A program made the position numbers and the translations under genes. Shown one piece after another: positions 35,613-50,658 of a stretch of 59,713 bases of DNA. Every line of letters begins with the position of its first letter. Position 1 is the first letter of the stretch. The notes under the pieces are model-generated. The model searched no databases. It worked only from the letters and a program-made list of their open reading frames with translations, and had not been told where the DNA came from. Location of the stretch: contig DATIMX010000319.1 in the NCBI GenBank assembly GCA_035474935.1, forward strand, positions 1-59,713, given 5' to 3'. The stretch comes from Geodermatophilus sp. GTDB taxonomy: Bacteria; Actinomycetota; Actinomycetes; Mycobacteriales; Geodermatophilaceae.

Positions 35613-36149
35613 TCAGGCCGCGACCGGGGTCTCGCCGAACAGGCTGCAGTCCGAGCCGAGCTCGTACGGCCGGTACTCCACGGCCCAGCCCTCGGTGGCG
35701 TCGCGGACGACGGTGTGCGCCCCGGTGATGGCGTACATGCAGGACGCGTCCGGGTCGCTGCCGACCCACAGGTCGATGGTGTACTCACCCTCGTCGGTCG
35801 CGTCCGAGCAGCCGCCGCAGCGGTCCTCCACCACGAAGTACGCGCGGACCAGCGGCACGTAGAAGATCGTCCCGACGGGGAACTCGTCGCCGCCGGAGTA
35901 GCCCACCGCGAGCGTGATGGGGTCGTCGAAGGTCCCGGTGCCGCCGGCCGTGCGGCCGGAGGAGGTGGTGCGGGTCCCGGCGGGCGAGTTGTCCTCCAGG
36001 CTGTACCCGGTCAGCGACGCCGTCTCGACCCAGCCGTGTGGCTCGGGGCCGGCGTGGGCGGCGGCCACCGTCGGCACCAGGACGGCGGCGCACAGGCCGG
36101 TCAGTCCTGCGACGGCGGTGGTCACGGTGCGGCGGGTCGGTGTCCTCAT
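35613..36149 (-). CDS. Secreted protein, possible 3D/RlpA-like double-psi barrel
   Basis: Signal peptide ending AHA. TGYSLEDNSP, AGGTGTFDDPITLA, YFVVEDRCGGC and IDLWVG. Confidence 0.7.
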   Translation of the reverse strand: MRTPTRRTVTTAVAGLTGLCAAVLVPTVAAAHAGPEPHGWVETASLTGYSLEDNSPAGTRTTSSGRTAGGTGTFDDPITLAVGYSGGDEFPVGTIFYVPLVRAYFVVEDRCGGCSDATDEGEYTIDLWVGSDPDASCMYAITGAHTVVRDATEGWAVEYRPYELGSDCSLFGETPVAA

Positions 36150-36449
36150 GGCGGTCCTGTTGGTGGGGGGCGGGAGCGCAGGCCACTGTCCAGAGGGCGG
36201 GACCCGGGGACAACTCGGCGCCCGGTATCTCGGACGGGAGCCGCGCGTCGGCGACCGCGCGTGTCGGACACGCGCAACGACCTGCGCGACGGCGCGCCGT
36301 GTCGTCGCGGGAGGGAGCCGTCTCCTGTCTTGCCGTGCCGCCCGCTCGGCACCATGCTGCCGGTACCCCGATCCGGAGCCGTGTCGGTGGCATCGACCAG
36401 GCTCCGGCCCATGGACCAGGCGCACGCGCCCGAGCCGCAGGAGGAGCCG

Positions 36450-37265
36450 GTGACAGCGACCCAGGAACGGACCAGCAGGACGGGCGACAAGCTCTCCGGC
36501 CGCGTGGCGTTCGTGACCGGCGGCACCCGGGGGATCGGTGCGGCCATCAGCCGCAGTATGGCCACCCAGGGCGCCGACGTCGCTGCCGGCTACAGCGGCA
36601 ACGACGAGGCCGCAGAGCGCTTCCGCAAGCAGTTCTGCGACGACTTCCCCGACCAGGGTTTCTCCGTCCACAAGGGCGACATCAGCGACGCCGACGACTG
36701 TCGCCGCACCATCGCCGAGGTGATCGAGAAGCACGGCCGGCTCGACATCCTGGTCAACAACGCCGGCATCACGGTCGACCGGACGGTGCTGAAGATGACC
36801 GACGACGACTGGCGCCGGGTCATCGACGTCAACCTGTCCGGCGCCTTCTACCTGTCCCAGGCCGCGCTCAGGCACATGCTGGAACGCGGGAGCGGGCGGA
36901 TCGTGATGATCTCCTCGGTCATCGGGGAGATGGGTGGCATCGGGCAGTCGAACTACTCCTCGGCCAAGGCCGGTCTCCTGGGCCTGACGAAGACGTTGGC
37001 CCGCGAGGCCGCCATGCAGGTGCAGCGCTCCGGCAAGACCGACGGGCTGGGCATCACCGTCAACGCCGTGACGCCGGGCTACACCGCCACCGAGATGCTC
37101 GAGAGCGTCCCGGAGAAGGTGCTCGACAACCTCAAGGCCAAGATCCCGATCGGCCGGCTGGGCGAGCCGGAGGAGGTCGCCCGCGTCGTGCACTTCCTCG
37201 CCGCGGACGCCTCCGGCTACATCACCGGGCAGGTCTGGGGCGTCAACGGCGGCCTGGACATGTAG
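36450..37265 (+). CDS. phaB: Acetoacetyl-CoA reductase / FabG-like SDR
   Basis: TGGTRGIG, LVNNAGIT, GQSNYSSAK, ITVNAVTPGY and C-terminal VNGGLDM. Clustered with phaC. Confidence 0.82.
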   Translation: MTATQERTSRTGDKLSGRVAFVTGGTRGIGAAISRSMATQGADVAAGYSGNDEAAERFRKQFCDDFPDQGFSVHKGDISDADDCRRTIAEVIEKHGRLDILVNNAGITVDRTVLKMTDDDWRRVIDVNLSGAFYLSQAALRHMLERGSGRIVMISSVIGEMGGIGQSNYSSAKAGLLGLTKTLAREAAMQVQRSGKTDGLGITVNAVTPGYTATEMLESVPEKVLDNLKAKIPIGRLGEPEEVARVVHFLAADASGYITGQVWGVNGGLDM

Positions 37266-37341
37266 CAACAGGGACGGGTTGGCCACCGAGCCGGCCTTCC
37301 ACCACCACTACCACCACCACCGATCAGGGAGAGGTGTCCCG

Positions 37342-42870
<5,529 letters not shown>

Positions 42871-42892
42871 CCAGCCCAGAGAGAGGACTCCC

Positions 42893-44857
42893 GTGAACGC
42901 GTTCGTCCTGAACCGGCACGGCCACATGGTGTTCCCCTCGAACATCATGCCCGAGCTGGACTTCTCCACCGTGGAGACGCTCGAACAGCTCGACAGCGTC
43001 ATCCGCCGGGACTTCGAGACCAAGGCCCCGAGCGGCACCGAGATCCTCGAGCGGGTGCGCACCGGGGCCTACGCCACCCGCTACGACCTGATGCGGGACA
43101 TGGCCCTGAACCTGTTCTGGGCCAACCGCTTCTCGATCACCATGTACGACAAGCGGCCCACCCGTTGGGCCGACGTCCCCCGGTCCCGCTCGGACGTGTT
43201 CCTCCCGGTGCTGGAGCCCTGGGAGGACGGCGAGACCAAGATCGCCGCGGTCGAGGAGGCCTACCCGCAGCTGCCGTCGCGGTGGGACGAGGGCTGCGAG
43301 GACCGGATCTTCGACGTCCTGTTCGACGTCTACGGCCACCGGAAGCACCACGCCTCGACGCTGCCGGCGGTCAAGCCCACGGTCGCGGAGTTCCTGGAGC
43401 AGCCGGGCGCGCTGACCTTCCGGCTGCCGGACTACGACCCGGACTACCCGGTCTACGACTACACCGACATCCTCGACGTCTCCGAGGACGTCCCCGAGCT
43501 CGAGGCACTGCACCGCTGGGCGATGGTGCTGCACAACCAGTACCCCTGGGACCGGTCGAAGATGGAGCTCGCCTCGGCCGGCGAGCTCAAGGACGACGAC
43601 TACGTGGTCGCCTTCCACCCGCGCGACAAGGAGGTGCGGGCCTTCCTGCGCCGGCTGCGTGCCGGTGCCGAGCCCCGGCACGTCGCCGGGCCGCGGGAGT
43701 CCCGCCCGCCGGTGCGGCCGTACCCGGAGCTGGACGTGCGGCAGCGCTTCTCGGTGCAGCCGCGGATCGAGGCGCTGGCGGCGGTGCACGGCGACCAGGT
43801 CTGCAGCAACGACGACCTGATCCGCAACACCGCCTACAACTGGTCGCCGATGAGCGCCGACGAGATCTCCTCCAAGACCGGCATCGAGCAGCGCGAGTAC
43901 AGCTCGCTGCCGCTGGAGGACCTCGCCCTGCAGGCCGCCGAGGCCGCACTGGACAAGGCGGGGCGGCAGCCGGAGGAGATCGGCGCCGTGCTGGTCTGCA
44001 CCTGCACCAGCTCCCGGCTCATCCCGTCCCTGGCCACCTACCTCTGCGGCCAGCTGGGGATGCACCAGGTCTACGCGGCCTACGACATCATCGCCGCCTG
44101 CGCGGGCATGCCCTACGGCGTCGCCGACGCCGTGCGGATGCTGCAGGAGGTCGAGCGGCCGGTCCTCGTCGTCTGCGTCGAGAAGTTCTCCGACAAGATC
44201 GGCAACGTCCGCACCTCGCGGATGATCTTCGGGGACGGCGCGGCGGCGCTGGTCGTCGGCCCGGCCCCCGAGGGGACCGACGGCGACATCGACTACATGA
44301 AGACCTACGCCAGCGGCCCGGCCAGCGAGGTGAACTCGATCCTCTGGCCGAACCCCGAGTTCGACAACAACATCACCGTGTTCGGCCCCCAGGTGAAGGC
44401 GCTGGCCGGCCGCTACCTCTCGCAGATGATCGACGAGCTGGGGCAGCTGCCGGCCCCGGACGGCCGGGACGGGTCGCTGATGGACGCCATCGACCTGATC
44501 GTGCCGCACCAGGCGAACAAGACGATGGTGATCGGCCTGGCCGAGCGGGCCGGGCTGACCGCCGACCAGCTCTACTTCAACATCGAGAAGGTCGGCAACA
44601 CCTCCTCGGCCAGCATCCCGCTGGCCATCCACGACGCCGTGCGCGACGGGGTGGTCACCGCGCCGGTGCGGGTCTTCGCGCCGGGGTTCGGGGCGGGCGC
44701 CGTGGCCGGGTACGCCGTCATGCGGGTCGACCCGGCGGTGGTCGCCGTCCAGGGGACGTCCGCGCCGCACGAGCACGCCGAGATGCCCGCCCCGACGCCG
44801 GCCGACGACGCGCAGCCCGGATCGGCCTCGGAGGGGATGCGGGAGGCCTTTACCTGA
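42893..44857 (+). CDS. KAS III / FabH-like condensing enzyme with an unknown N-terminal domain of about 290 aa
   Basis: Intact Cys-His-Asn triad (AACAG, VPHQAN, VGNTSSAS), plus IFGDGAAA and GFGAG. Confidence 0.9.
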   Translation: MNAFVLNRHGHMVFPSNIMPELDFSTVETLEQLDSVIRRDFETKAPSGTEILERVRTGAYATRYDLMRDMALNLFWANRFSITMYDKRPTRWADVPRSRSDVFLPVLEPWEDGETKIAAVEEAYPQLPSRWDEGCEDRIFDVLFDVYGHRKHHASTLPAVKPTVAEFLEQPGALTFRLPDYDPDYPVYDYTDILDVSEDVPELEALHRWAMVLHNQYPWDRSKMELASAGELKDDDYVVAFHPRDKEVRAFLRRLRAGAEPRHVAGPRESRPPVRPYPELDVRQRFSVQPRIEALAAVHGDQVCSNDDLIRNTAYNWSPMSADEISSKTGIEQREYSSLPLEDLALQAAEAALDKAGRQPEEIGAVLVCTCTSSRLIPSLATYLCGQLGMHQVYAAYDIIAACAGMPYGVADAVRMLQEVERPVLVVCVEKFSDKIGNVRTSRMIFGDGAAALVVGPAPEGTDGDIDYMKTYASGPASEVNSILWPNPEFDNNITVFGPQVKALAGRYLSQMIDELGQLPAPDGRDGSLMDAIDLIVPHQANKTMVIGLAERAGLTADQLYFNIEKVGNTSSASIPLAIHDAVRDGVVTAPVRVFAPGFGAGAVAGYAVMRVDPAVVAVQGTSAPHEHAEMPAPTPADDAQPGSASEGMREAFT

Positions 44858-44865
44858 GCACCCGC

Positions 44866-45726
44866 ATGGTGCGCGCCGCGGACGGCACGCGGCTGCGCAC
44901 CTGGAGCAACGACGGGGACGGCGTCCCGGTCCTGCTGTGCAACGGCCTGGGCGCGCCGCCGGCGGCCTGGCCGCGGGTGGTCGAGCGGGACAGCGGCTTC
45001 CGGGTGGTCACCTGGGCGTACCGCGGTCTGGCCGGCTCCGAGCGGCCGGCCGACCGCGGCCGGGTGCGGGTCGAGGACCACGCCGACGACGCCCGCGCCG
45101 TCCTGGACGCCCACGACATGCCGTCGGCGACGGTCGTCGGCTGGTCGCTCGGGGTCAACGTGGCGTTCGAGCTGGCGCTGGAGGAGCCCGCCCGCGTCCG
45201 GTCGCTGCTCGCGGTCGCCGGCGTGCCGGGCGGGAGCTTCTCGGCGATGTTCGCGCCCTACGGCGTGCCGCGGCGGCTGCGGGCCCCGGCGGGCCGGCTG
45301 AGCAGCCGGCTGCTGCCGGTCGTGGGCCCGCTGCTGCCGGTGGTCGTGGCCAGCCTGCCGCCGTGGCACGAACTGCTGACGCCGGCCGGGTTCACCGGCC
45401 CCGCGCGGGAGGCCACCCACCCGGCCGCGCTGTACCAGGTGCTGCACGAGTTCTCGCGGCACGACTGGCGCTGGTACCGGCACCTGGCCCTGGCCGTCGC
45501 GGAGCACGCGCCGCTGGACGTCGCAGGGGTGACCTGCCCGGTCACGTTCGTGGCCGGCCGCTTCGACAGCCTGGTCGACCCGGTCGACGTCCGGACGGCG
45601 GCCGAGGCGGTGCCCCGCGCCCGGCTCCGCACGCTGTCGGGCACCCACTTCGTGCCGCTGCAGTACCCCGAGGTGATGCGCGCGGAGCTGCAGGCCCTCG
45701 TCGCCCGCGAACCCCGCTACCGCTAG
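44866..45726 (+). CDS. Alpha/beta hydrolase
   Basis: LLCNGLG, GWSLG nucleophile elbow, FD acid and THF His. It may start at CTG 44854 (CTGA overlap with the KAS III stop). Confidence 0.88.
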   Translation: MVRAADGTRLRTWSNDGDGVPVLLCNGLGAPPAAWPRVVERDSGFRVVTWAYRGLAGSERPADRGRVRVEDHADDARAVLDAHDMPSATVVGWSLGVNVAFELALEEPARVRSLLAVAGVPGGSFSAMFAPYGVPRRLRAPAGRLSSRLLPVVGPLLPVVVASLPPWHELLTPAGFTGPAREATHPAALYQVLHEFSRHDWRWYRHLALAVAEHAPLDVAGVTCPVTFVAGRFDSLVDPVDVRTAAEAVPRARLRTLSGTHFVPLQYPEVMRAELQALVAREPRYR

Positions 45727-45808
45727 TCCCGGGGCCGGCGGCGGCCGGTCGGCGCTCCGGCCGCCGCCCCGGCTCGGCCCGCGGGTGGTCCGGGAGCCCG
45801 GCCGGCCG

Positions 45809-47551
45809 CTAGATCCGGGTCGGCACCCGGTCCCGGACGTAGGAGCCGGGCGCCGGCTCCAGCGGCGGGTGAGCTGCGCTGCCCAGCGTCTCCGGCGCGG
45901 GCACCTCGTCGCCGGCGCGCTCGATCGCCCACTCCGACCACGGCTCCCACCAGCTGCCGGTGTGCTCCTCGGCCGCCGCGCGCCAGGCGTGCGGGTCTGG
46001 ACCGGGCTCCCGGCCGGTCCAGTACTTGGCCCGGGGGTTGCCCGGGGGGTTGACCAGGCTCTGGATGTGGCCGCTGGAGCTGAGCACGAAGGTGCTCGGT
46101 CCCGACAGCAGCTGGGTGGTCCGGTAGCAGCCGTGCCACGGGGTGATGTGGTCGGTGAGCGCCCCGGTGACGAACGTGGGGAGGGTGATCCGGCTCAGGT
46201 GGACCGGCGTCCCCAGGACCCGCAGCGCCCCCGGCTTGACCAGGGCGTTGTTGCCGAAGATGTCGAGGAACTGCTCGTGCAGCCGGGCCGGCAGGTTCGT
46301 CCCGTCCGCGTTCCAGGCGAGGACGTCGAACGCCGGCGGGTCCTCGCCCATGAGCCACTGCTGCACCAGGTAGTTGAAGATCAGGTCGTCCGGGCGCATC
46401 CAGGTGAACATCGACCCCATCTGCCGGGCGCTGATGACGCCCCGCCGGCTGGAGTTGCGCCGGGCGACCTCCAGCATCCGCGGCCCGGAGAAGGCGCCGA
46501 GCGGGGCCTGGCTGGAGAAGTCGAGCAGGGTCACTGCGTAGCCGGCGGCGTGCACCCGGTCGTCGCCGGTCGCGGCGAGGTGGTTGAGCGCCGTCGTCAT
46601 CACCTGGCCGCCGGCGCACAGGCCGAGGGTGGTGGCGTCGGGGGAACCGGTGATCTCACGGGCCACGTCGACGGCGGTGAGGACGCCCTGTGCGTACTCG
46701 TCCAGGCCCCACTCGGACTGTTCCTTCGTCGGGTTGCGCCAGCTGATCATGAAGACCTGCAGGCCCCGGCTGACCGCGTACTCGACGAGGCTGCGTCCCG
46801 GCCGCAGGTCGAGGAAGTAGAAGCGCCCGATGGGCGGCGGCACGATGACCAGGGGCCGTTGCCGGACGCGCGGCGTCGAGGGGGTGTACTGGATGACCTC
46901 GATGACCTCGTCCCGGTGGACGACGGCGCCCGGGGTGATCCCGAGGTCCTCGCCCACGGTGAAGGCGCTGCGGTCCACCTGGCGGGGCAGGCCGCCGTTG
47001 CGCACGAGGTCGTGGAGCGTGTTCCGGAGCCCGCGGACGACGCTGACCCCGGCGGTGTCGAACGCCCGCTTGAGCGCAGCCGGGTTGCCCAGCAGGGTGT
47101 TCGTCGGCGCCATGGCGCTGGTGAGGGCGTTGAGCACGAAGCGCACCTGCTCGACCTCGCGCCAGTCGGCGCCGCCGGCCTCGAAGTCCGCCACCAGGCG
47201 GTCCAGGGACGAGGCCGCCGCCACGTAGGACTGGGCGAGCCGGCGGTACCCGGGGTGCAGCGACCAGGCCGGGTCGGCGAACCGCTTGTCCTTCGGGGAG
47301 GGCGCGATCTCCGCGGTGCCCCGGAGGATGCGCGCGGTGTCCCGTCCGAGCCGGACGGCCTCCCGCGCCATCGGCCGGGGCTGGGTGAACGTGGCGACCA
47401 GGCCTCGGGCCATCCCTCGCGGGGAGGGCAGGCCGACGTCCTCGCCACCCTCCACCGGAGCCGACGTACCGGGTTCCTCCGGAGCGAGCCGGTCGACGGC
47501 AGCGGGGCGGGGCCTGCCGGATGTGCGCGGACGGGGCGGGGTCGTCGTCAC
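45809..47551 (-). CDS. phaC: PHA synthase (class II-like)
   Basis: DKRFADPAW, APTN, VGEDLGITPGAVV, FYFLDL, SWRNP, lipase box GLCAGG, DHITPW, SSGHIQSLVNPP, GSWW and APGSYV. Confidence 0.95.
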   Translation of the reverse strand: MTTTPPRPRTSGRPRPAAVDRLAPEEPGTSAPVEGGEDVGLPSPRGMARGLVATFTQPRPMAREAVRLGRDTARILRGTAEIAPSPKDKRFADPAWSLHPGYRRLAQSYVAAASSLDRLVADFEAGGADWREVEQVRFVLNALTSAMAPTNTLLGNPAALKRAFDTAGVSVVRGLRNTLHDLVRNGGLPRQVDRSAFTVGEDLGITPGAVVHRDEVIEVIQYTPSTPRVRQRPLVIVPPPIGRFYFLDLRPGRSLVEYAVSRGLQVFMISWRNPTKEQSEWGLDEYAQGVLTAVDVAREITGSPDATTLGLCAGGQVMTTALNHLAATGDDRVHAAGYAVTLLDFSSQAPLGAFSGPRMLEVARRNSSRRGVISARQMGSMFTWMRPDDLIFNYLVQQWLMGEDPPAFDVLAWNADGTNLPARLHEQFLDIFGNNALVKPGALRVLGTPVHLSRITLPTFVTGALTDHITPWHGCYRTTQLLSGPSTFVLSSSGHIQSLVNPPGNPRAKYWTGREPGPDPHAWRAAAEEHTGSWWEPWSEWAIERAGDEVPAPETLGSAAHPPLEPAPGSYVRDRVPTRI

Positions 47552-47744
47552 GGTGCCTCCGTTGTGAGCTCGGTCACAGGGCTTTCGACCGTAGCCGGTC
47601 TCCTCGGTGCCGGTCACCCCCTGCGACGGCCGCGGGGTCCGCGCCCGCCGGGCCGGCGTCGGACCCCCCGCCCCGGCCCGTGCGGCGGGTCGATGACGGC
47701 CGGCCCCTCCCGTCCCACGGGACGCGGGCGGTAGCGTCGCCGGC

Positions 47745-48590
47745 GTGAGCGCCCTGAGGAGGCTGGATGCCCCGACGGGGCTGCGCCCCGGCGACCACGT
47801 GTGCTGGACGTTCGCCGACGCCGCGGACTTCACGGCCACCGTCCTGCCCTTCCTCGAGGAGGGACGACGGCTCGGTGAGCACCTGCTGCTCGTCGGGGCG
47901 TCGCGACCGGAGCTGCTGTCGGCCCTGGCGCCGCTGCCGGGCCGGGACGAGCTGCTCGCCAGCGGGCAGCTGGAGGTGCGCAGCACCGCCGAGGTGTACG
48001 CCTCCGGCGGGCAGCCCTCACCGGCCGAGCAGGTGACGGCGTACCGGAGCCTGGTCGATGCGGCCCTGGCGCGCGGACGCACCGGCGTCAGGGTCGCCGC
48101 CGACGTCACCCCCCTGGTCCGCGGCGGGGTCGACGGCCGGCGGCAGCTGCACGTCTACGAGCAGCTGGCCGATGCCCTGATGGGCACCGTCGCCATGACC
48201 GCTCTCTGCCTGTACGAGGCCTCGCTGGGGGCGGAGGTCCTCGGACCGGTGACCCTCCTGCACCCCGATCAGCACTCCGGCGAGGAGGAGCCCCTCGCCC
48301 ACCTGTCCGGGCGGGGCCCGTCGCTGTCGCTGCACGGCGAGGTCGACGTCACCCAGGCCGACGGCTTGTCCCGCGCGCTCGTCGACGTCGCCTGCGGCAC
48401 CCCCGGTGAGGTCGTGCTCGACCTCTCGGACCTCCGGTTCCTGGACGTCGCGGGCGCCCGCGCGCTGGCCCGGGCCACCCAGGTGCTCCGCGGGGCCGAC
48501 GTGCACCTGCGGCTGGTGCGGGCCCCCCGGGTGGCCGCCCGCTGTCTGGGGCTGTTCGGCCTGCACGGCGAGGAGACGGTGCCGGCGTGA
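47745..48590 (+). CDS. MEDS + STAS domain protein (anti-anti-sigma-like)
   Basis: GDHVCWTF, YEQLAD, ALCLYE, LHGEVD and LDLSDLRFLDVAG. Confidence 0.88.
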   Translation: MSALRRLDAPTGLRPGDHVCWTFADAADFTATVLPFLEEGRRLGEHLLLVGASRPELLSALAPLPGRDELLASGQLEVRSTAEVYASGGQPSPAEQVTAYRSLVDAALARGRTGVRVAADVTPLVRGGVDGRRQLHVYEQLADALMGTVAMTALCLYEASLGAEVLGPVTLLHPDQHSGEEEPLAHLSGRGPSLSLHGEVDVTQADGLSRALVDVACGTPGEVVLDLSDLRFLDVAGARALARATQVLRGADVHLRLVRAPRVAARCLGLFGLHGEETVPA

Positions 48591-49525
48591 GTCGAGTCAG
48601 CCCGACCGGCGACTGGGACGGGAGGAGCTTCGCCCACGAGGCCTTCGCGTTCAGCGCCGACCAGGAGCTCGTCGACCGGGTCGTCCCGTTCGCGGTGGAG
48701 GGGTTGTCCCGCGGGGAGCCGGTGCTCGTCGTCGCCGGGGAGCGTGTCCGGACGCTCCTCACCCAGGAGCTGGGCGCGGACGTGCGTCGCCTGGCGACCT
48801 TCGCCGCCGCGGAGACCTGGTGGCAGGGCGGCCACCGCACCCTGCACGCCTACGACCGGGACCTCCGTGCCCTGCAGGCCGTGGCGCCGACCTGGCGGCT
48901 CGCCGCGGAGCCGACCTGGCTGGCCCGCGACGACGGGCGGGAGTGGAGCCGGTTCGAGGCCGTCGCCAACCGCTGCTACGCCTCCCTGCCGTACTACAGC
49001 CTGTGCCTGCACGACCGGCAGCGGCTCCCGGCGTCGGTCCTCGACGCGGTGGCGCGCACCCACCCGCTCACCTGGGGTGGCTCCGCACCGGTCCCGGAGC
49101 CGGCCTACGAGGACCCGCAGCAGTTCATCCGGTCGGTGCACCCGGCCTGGGTCCCGCGGCCGGCGCGCGCCTCCGTCGCGGTGCTGACGACGCCTCGGGA
49201 GGCGCGCCGCGCCGTGTCGGCAGCGGCGCTCGGCTGGTGGCCGGCGCGCGTCGGCGACGTCGTCCAGGCCGCCCACGAACTGGTGGTCAACTCGCTGCGC
49301 GTGGCGGCCTTCGCCGAGGTGTCGTCCTGGACCGACGGGGACACCCTCGTCGTCGAGGTCGCCGACTCCGGGCCGGGCCTGCCGGACGAGACCCTCGGCT
49401 ACGTCCCGCCCCCCGGGGGCCCCGACGGCGCCGGAGGGATGTGGCTGGCGTGGAGCCTGGCCGACGACGCGGCGGTCGACTCCCACCCGGCGGGCACCGC
49501 CATCCGGTTGTTCTTCCACCGCTGA
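48587..49525 (+). CDS. MEDS + HATPase anti-sigma (RsbW-like) protein
   Basis: FAHEAF, FEAVAN, LCLHD, HELVVNS, VADSGPG and GGMWL. Confidence 0.88.
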   Translation: MSRVSPTGDWDGRSFAHEAFAFSADQELVDRVVPFAVEGLSRGEPVLVVAGERVRTLLTQELGADVRRLATFAAAETWWQGGHRTLHAYDRDLRALQAVAPTWRLAAEPTWLARDDGREWSRFEAVANRCYASLPYYSLCLHDRQRLPASVLDAVARTHPLTWGGSAPVPEPAYEDPQQFIRSVHPAWVPRPARASVAVLTTPREARRAVSAAALGWWPARVGDVVQAAHELVVNSLRVAAFAEVSSWTDGDTLVVEVADSGPGLPDETLGYVPPPGGPDGAGGMWLAWSLADDAAVDSHPAGTAIRLFFHR

Positions 49526-49526
49526 A

Positions 49527-49585
49527 GAAGGACCCCCTTTCCTCCCACGCCTCGCAGGCTCGGCGCGGGACCCTGAAAGGTGGCC
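49527..49585. repeat. REP-like hairpin element between convergent genes
   Basis: gaaggacccc...tcccacgcc-tcgcaggctc-ggcgcggga-ccctg: a nested imperfect stem. Only one copy in this window. Confidence 0.4.
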
Positions 49586-49644
49586 GGACGGTAGGCGTCA
49601 GACGAGGACGAGGGTCTCCGTGCGCGGCGACCGTGCGGCTGTCG

Positions 49645-50529
49645 CTACCTCCAGCGGTTGATGAACTCCACCGTCGCGGTGTCGACGTCCTCGGGGTTCG
49701 ATGCGCTCAGGAAGTGCCGGCCGCCTTCGACGACGCGGAGCTCGGCGGCGGGGCTGTTGACGAAGAGCGTGATCTCGTCCTCGGCATTGGCCACGGAGTA
49801 GACCGGGTCTGCAGTGCCGTGCATCCACAGGACCGGGCACCGCACGCTGTCCAGTCGCCCGTGCAGGCCGTCGCGGTCACGCAGGTTGATGCTGCTGATG
49901 CGAAGCCGCTCCCGTCCTGCATCGCCGGCGTAGTTCTCCTGGTGTGCCGCGTGCCAGAACGTGCGCTCGTCGGGTGGCACGTCCTCGCCGAGGCCCTCGT
50001 GGAGGACGGCGTCCACGAGCTCGGTCGGGATCAGCCAGTCGTCTCCGACGCTCGCGGCGAGTGCGTCGATGGCGGGCGTGCAGAAGGCGATCCCGTCCCA
50101 GCACCCCAGGTCCCGGCTGCGCTGGCTCTCGGAGTCCATCGAGGTGCCGAGCGGGATGATGCCCCTCACGGTGCGGGGGTCCAGCATGGCCATGCGGGCC
50201 GCCACCCACCCGCCTTGTGACGTGCCCAGGACGAACGCCTCGGGGATGCCGAGCGCGTCGAGGACCTGCAGGTTGGCGACGGCCGAGTCCCAGTAGGTGA
50301 ACTGCCGGTACGTGGCGCGGGTCCGGCCGTGGCCGTACGGCTCGAGGGCGAGCACGTTGACCGTGGCGGCGAGCTGCTCGTCGGCGAACTGGGGCCGGAA
50401 CAGCTCGGCGGAGGTGCTGAACGAGTTGACCATGACGAGCGTCGGGAGGGAGGCGTCGTACGCCCGGCCGAACCTGTAGCCGACGGTGGAGGTGCCGAGA
50501 TGGGGCACCGTGACCGTCTCCGCGTTCAT
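49645..50529 (-). CDS. Alpha/beta hydrolase
   Basis: EPYGHGRT, GTSQGG, WMHGTADPV and GGRHFL. Confidence 0.9.
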   Translation of the reverse strand: MNAETVTVPHLGTSTVGYRFGRAYDASLPTLVMVNSFSTSAELFRPQFADEQLAATVNVLALEPYGHGRTRATYRQFTYWDSAVANLQVLDALGIPEAFVLGTSQGGWVAARMAMLDPRTVRGIIPLGTSMDSESQRSRDLGCWDGIAFCTPAIDALAASVGDDWLIPTELVDAVLHEGLGEDVPPDERTFWHAAHQENYAGDAGRERLRISSINLRDRDGLHGRLDSVRCPVLWMHGTADPVYSVANAEDEITLFVNSPAAELRVVEGGRHFLSASNPEDVDTATVEFINRWR

Positions 50530-50658
50530 GATCTCCCCGGTGTCAGCGACTGGCGCACGGCAGGTCGGTCGGAGCCGCGGTGGGTTCGGCAAGCCTGACC
50601 TCGCCCTCGTCACCGGTCAACCTCCCGAACCGCGCAGCGGACCCGGGATGGCGGATCG

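Noticed and set aside
36225-36253. Sixth GTATC upstream of phaB
   Set aside because: No CTC at 17-18 nt spacing, so it is not counted in the ECF regulon.
37279-37341. His-rich HHHYHHH stretch ahead of the carboxylase (His leader or metal tag)
   Set aside because: It depends on a weak TTG start. A better RBS precedes GTG 37342, where BC homology begins, and there is no attenuator or his gene nearby.
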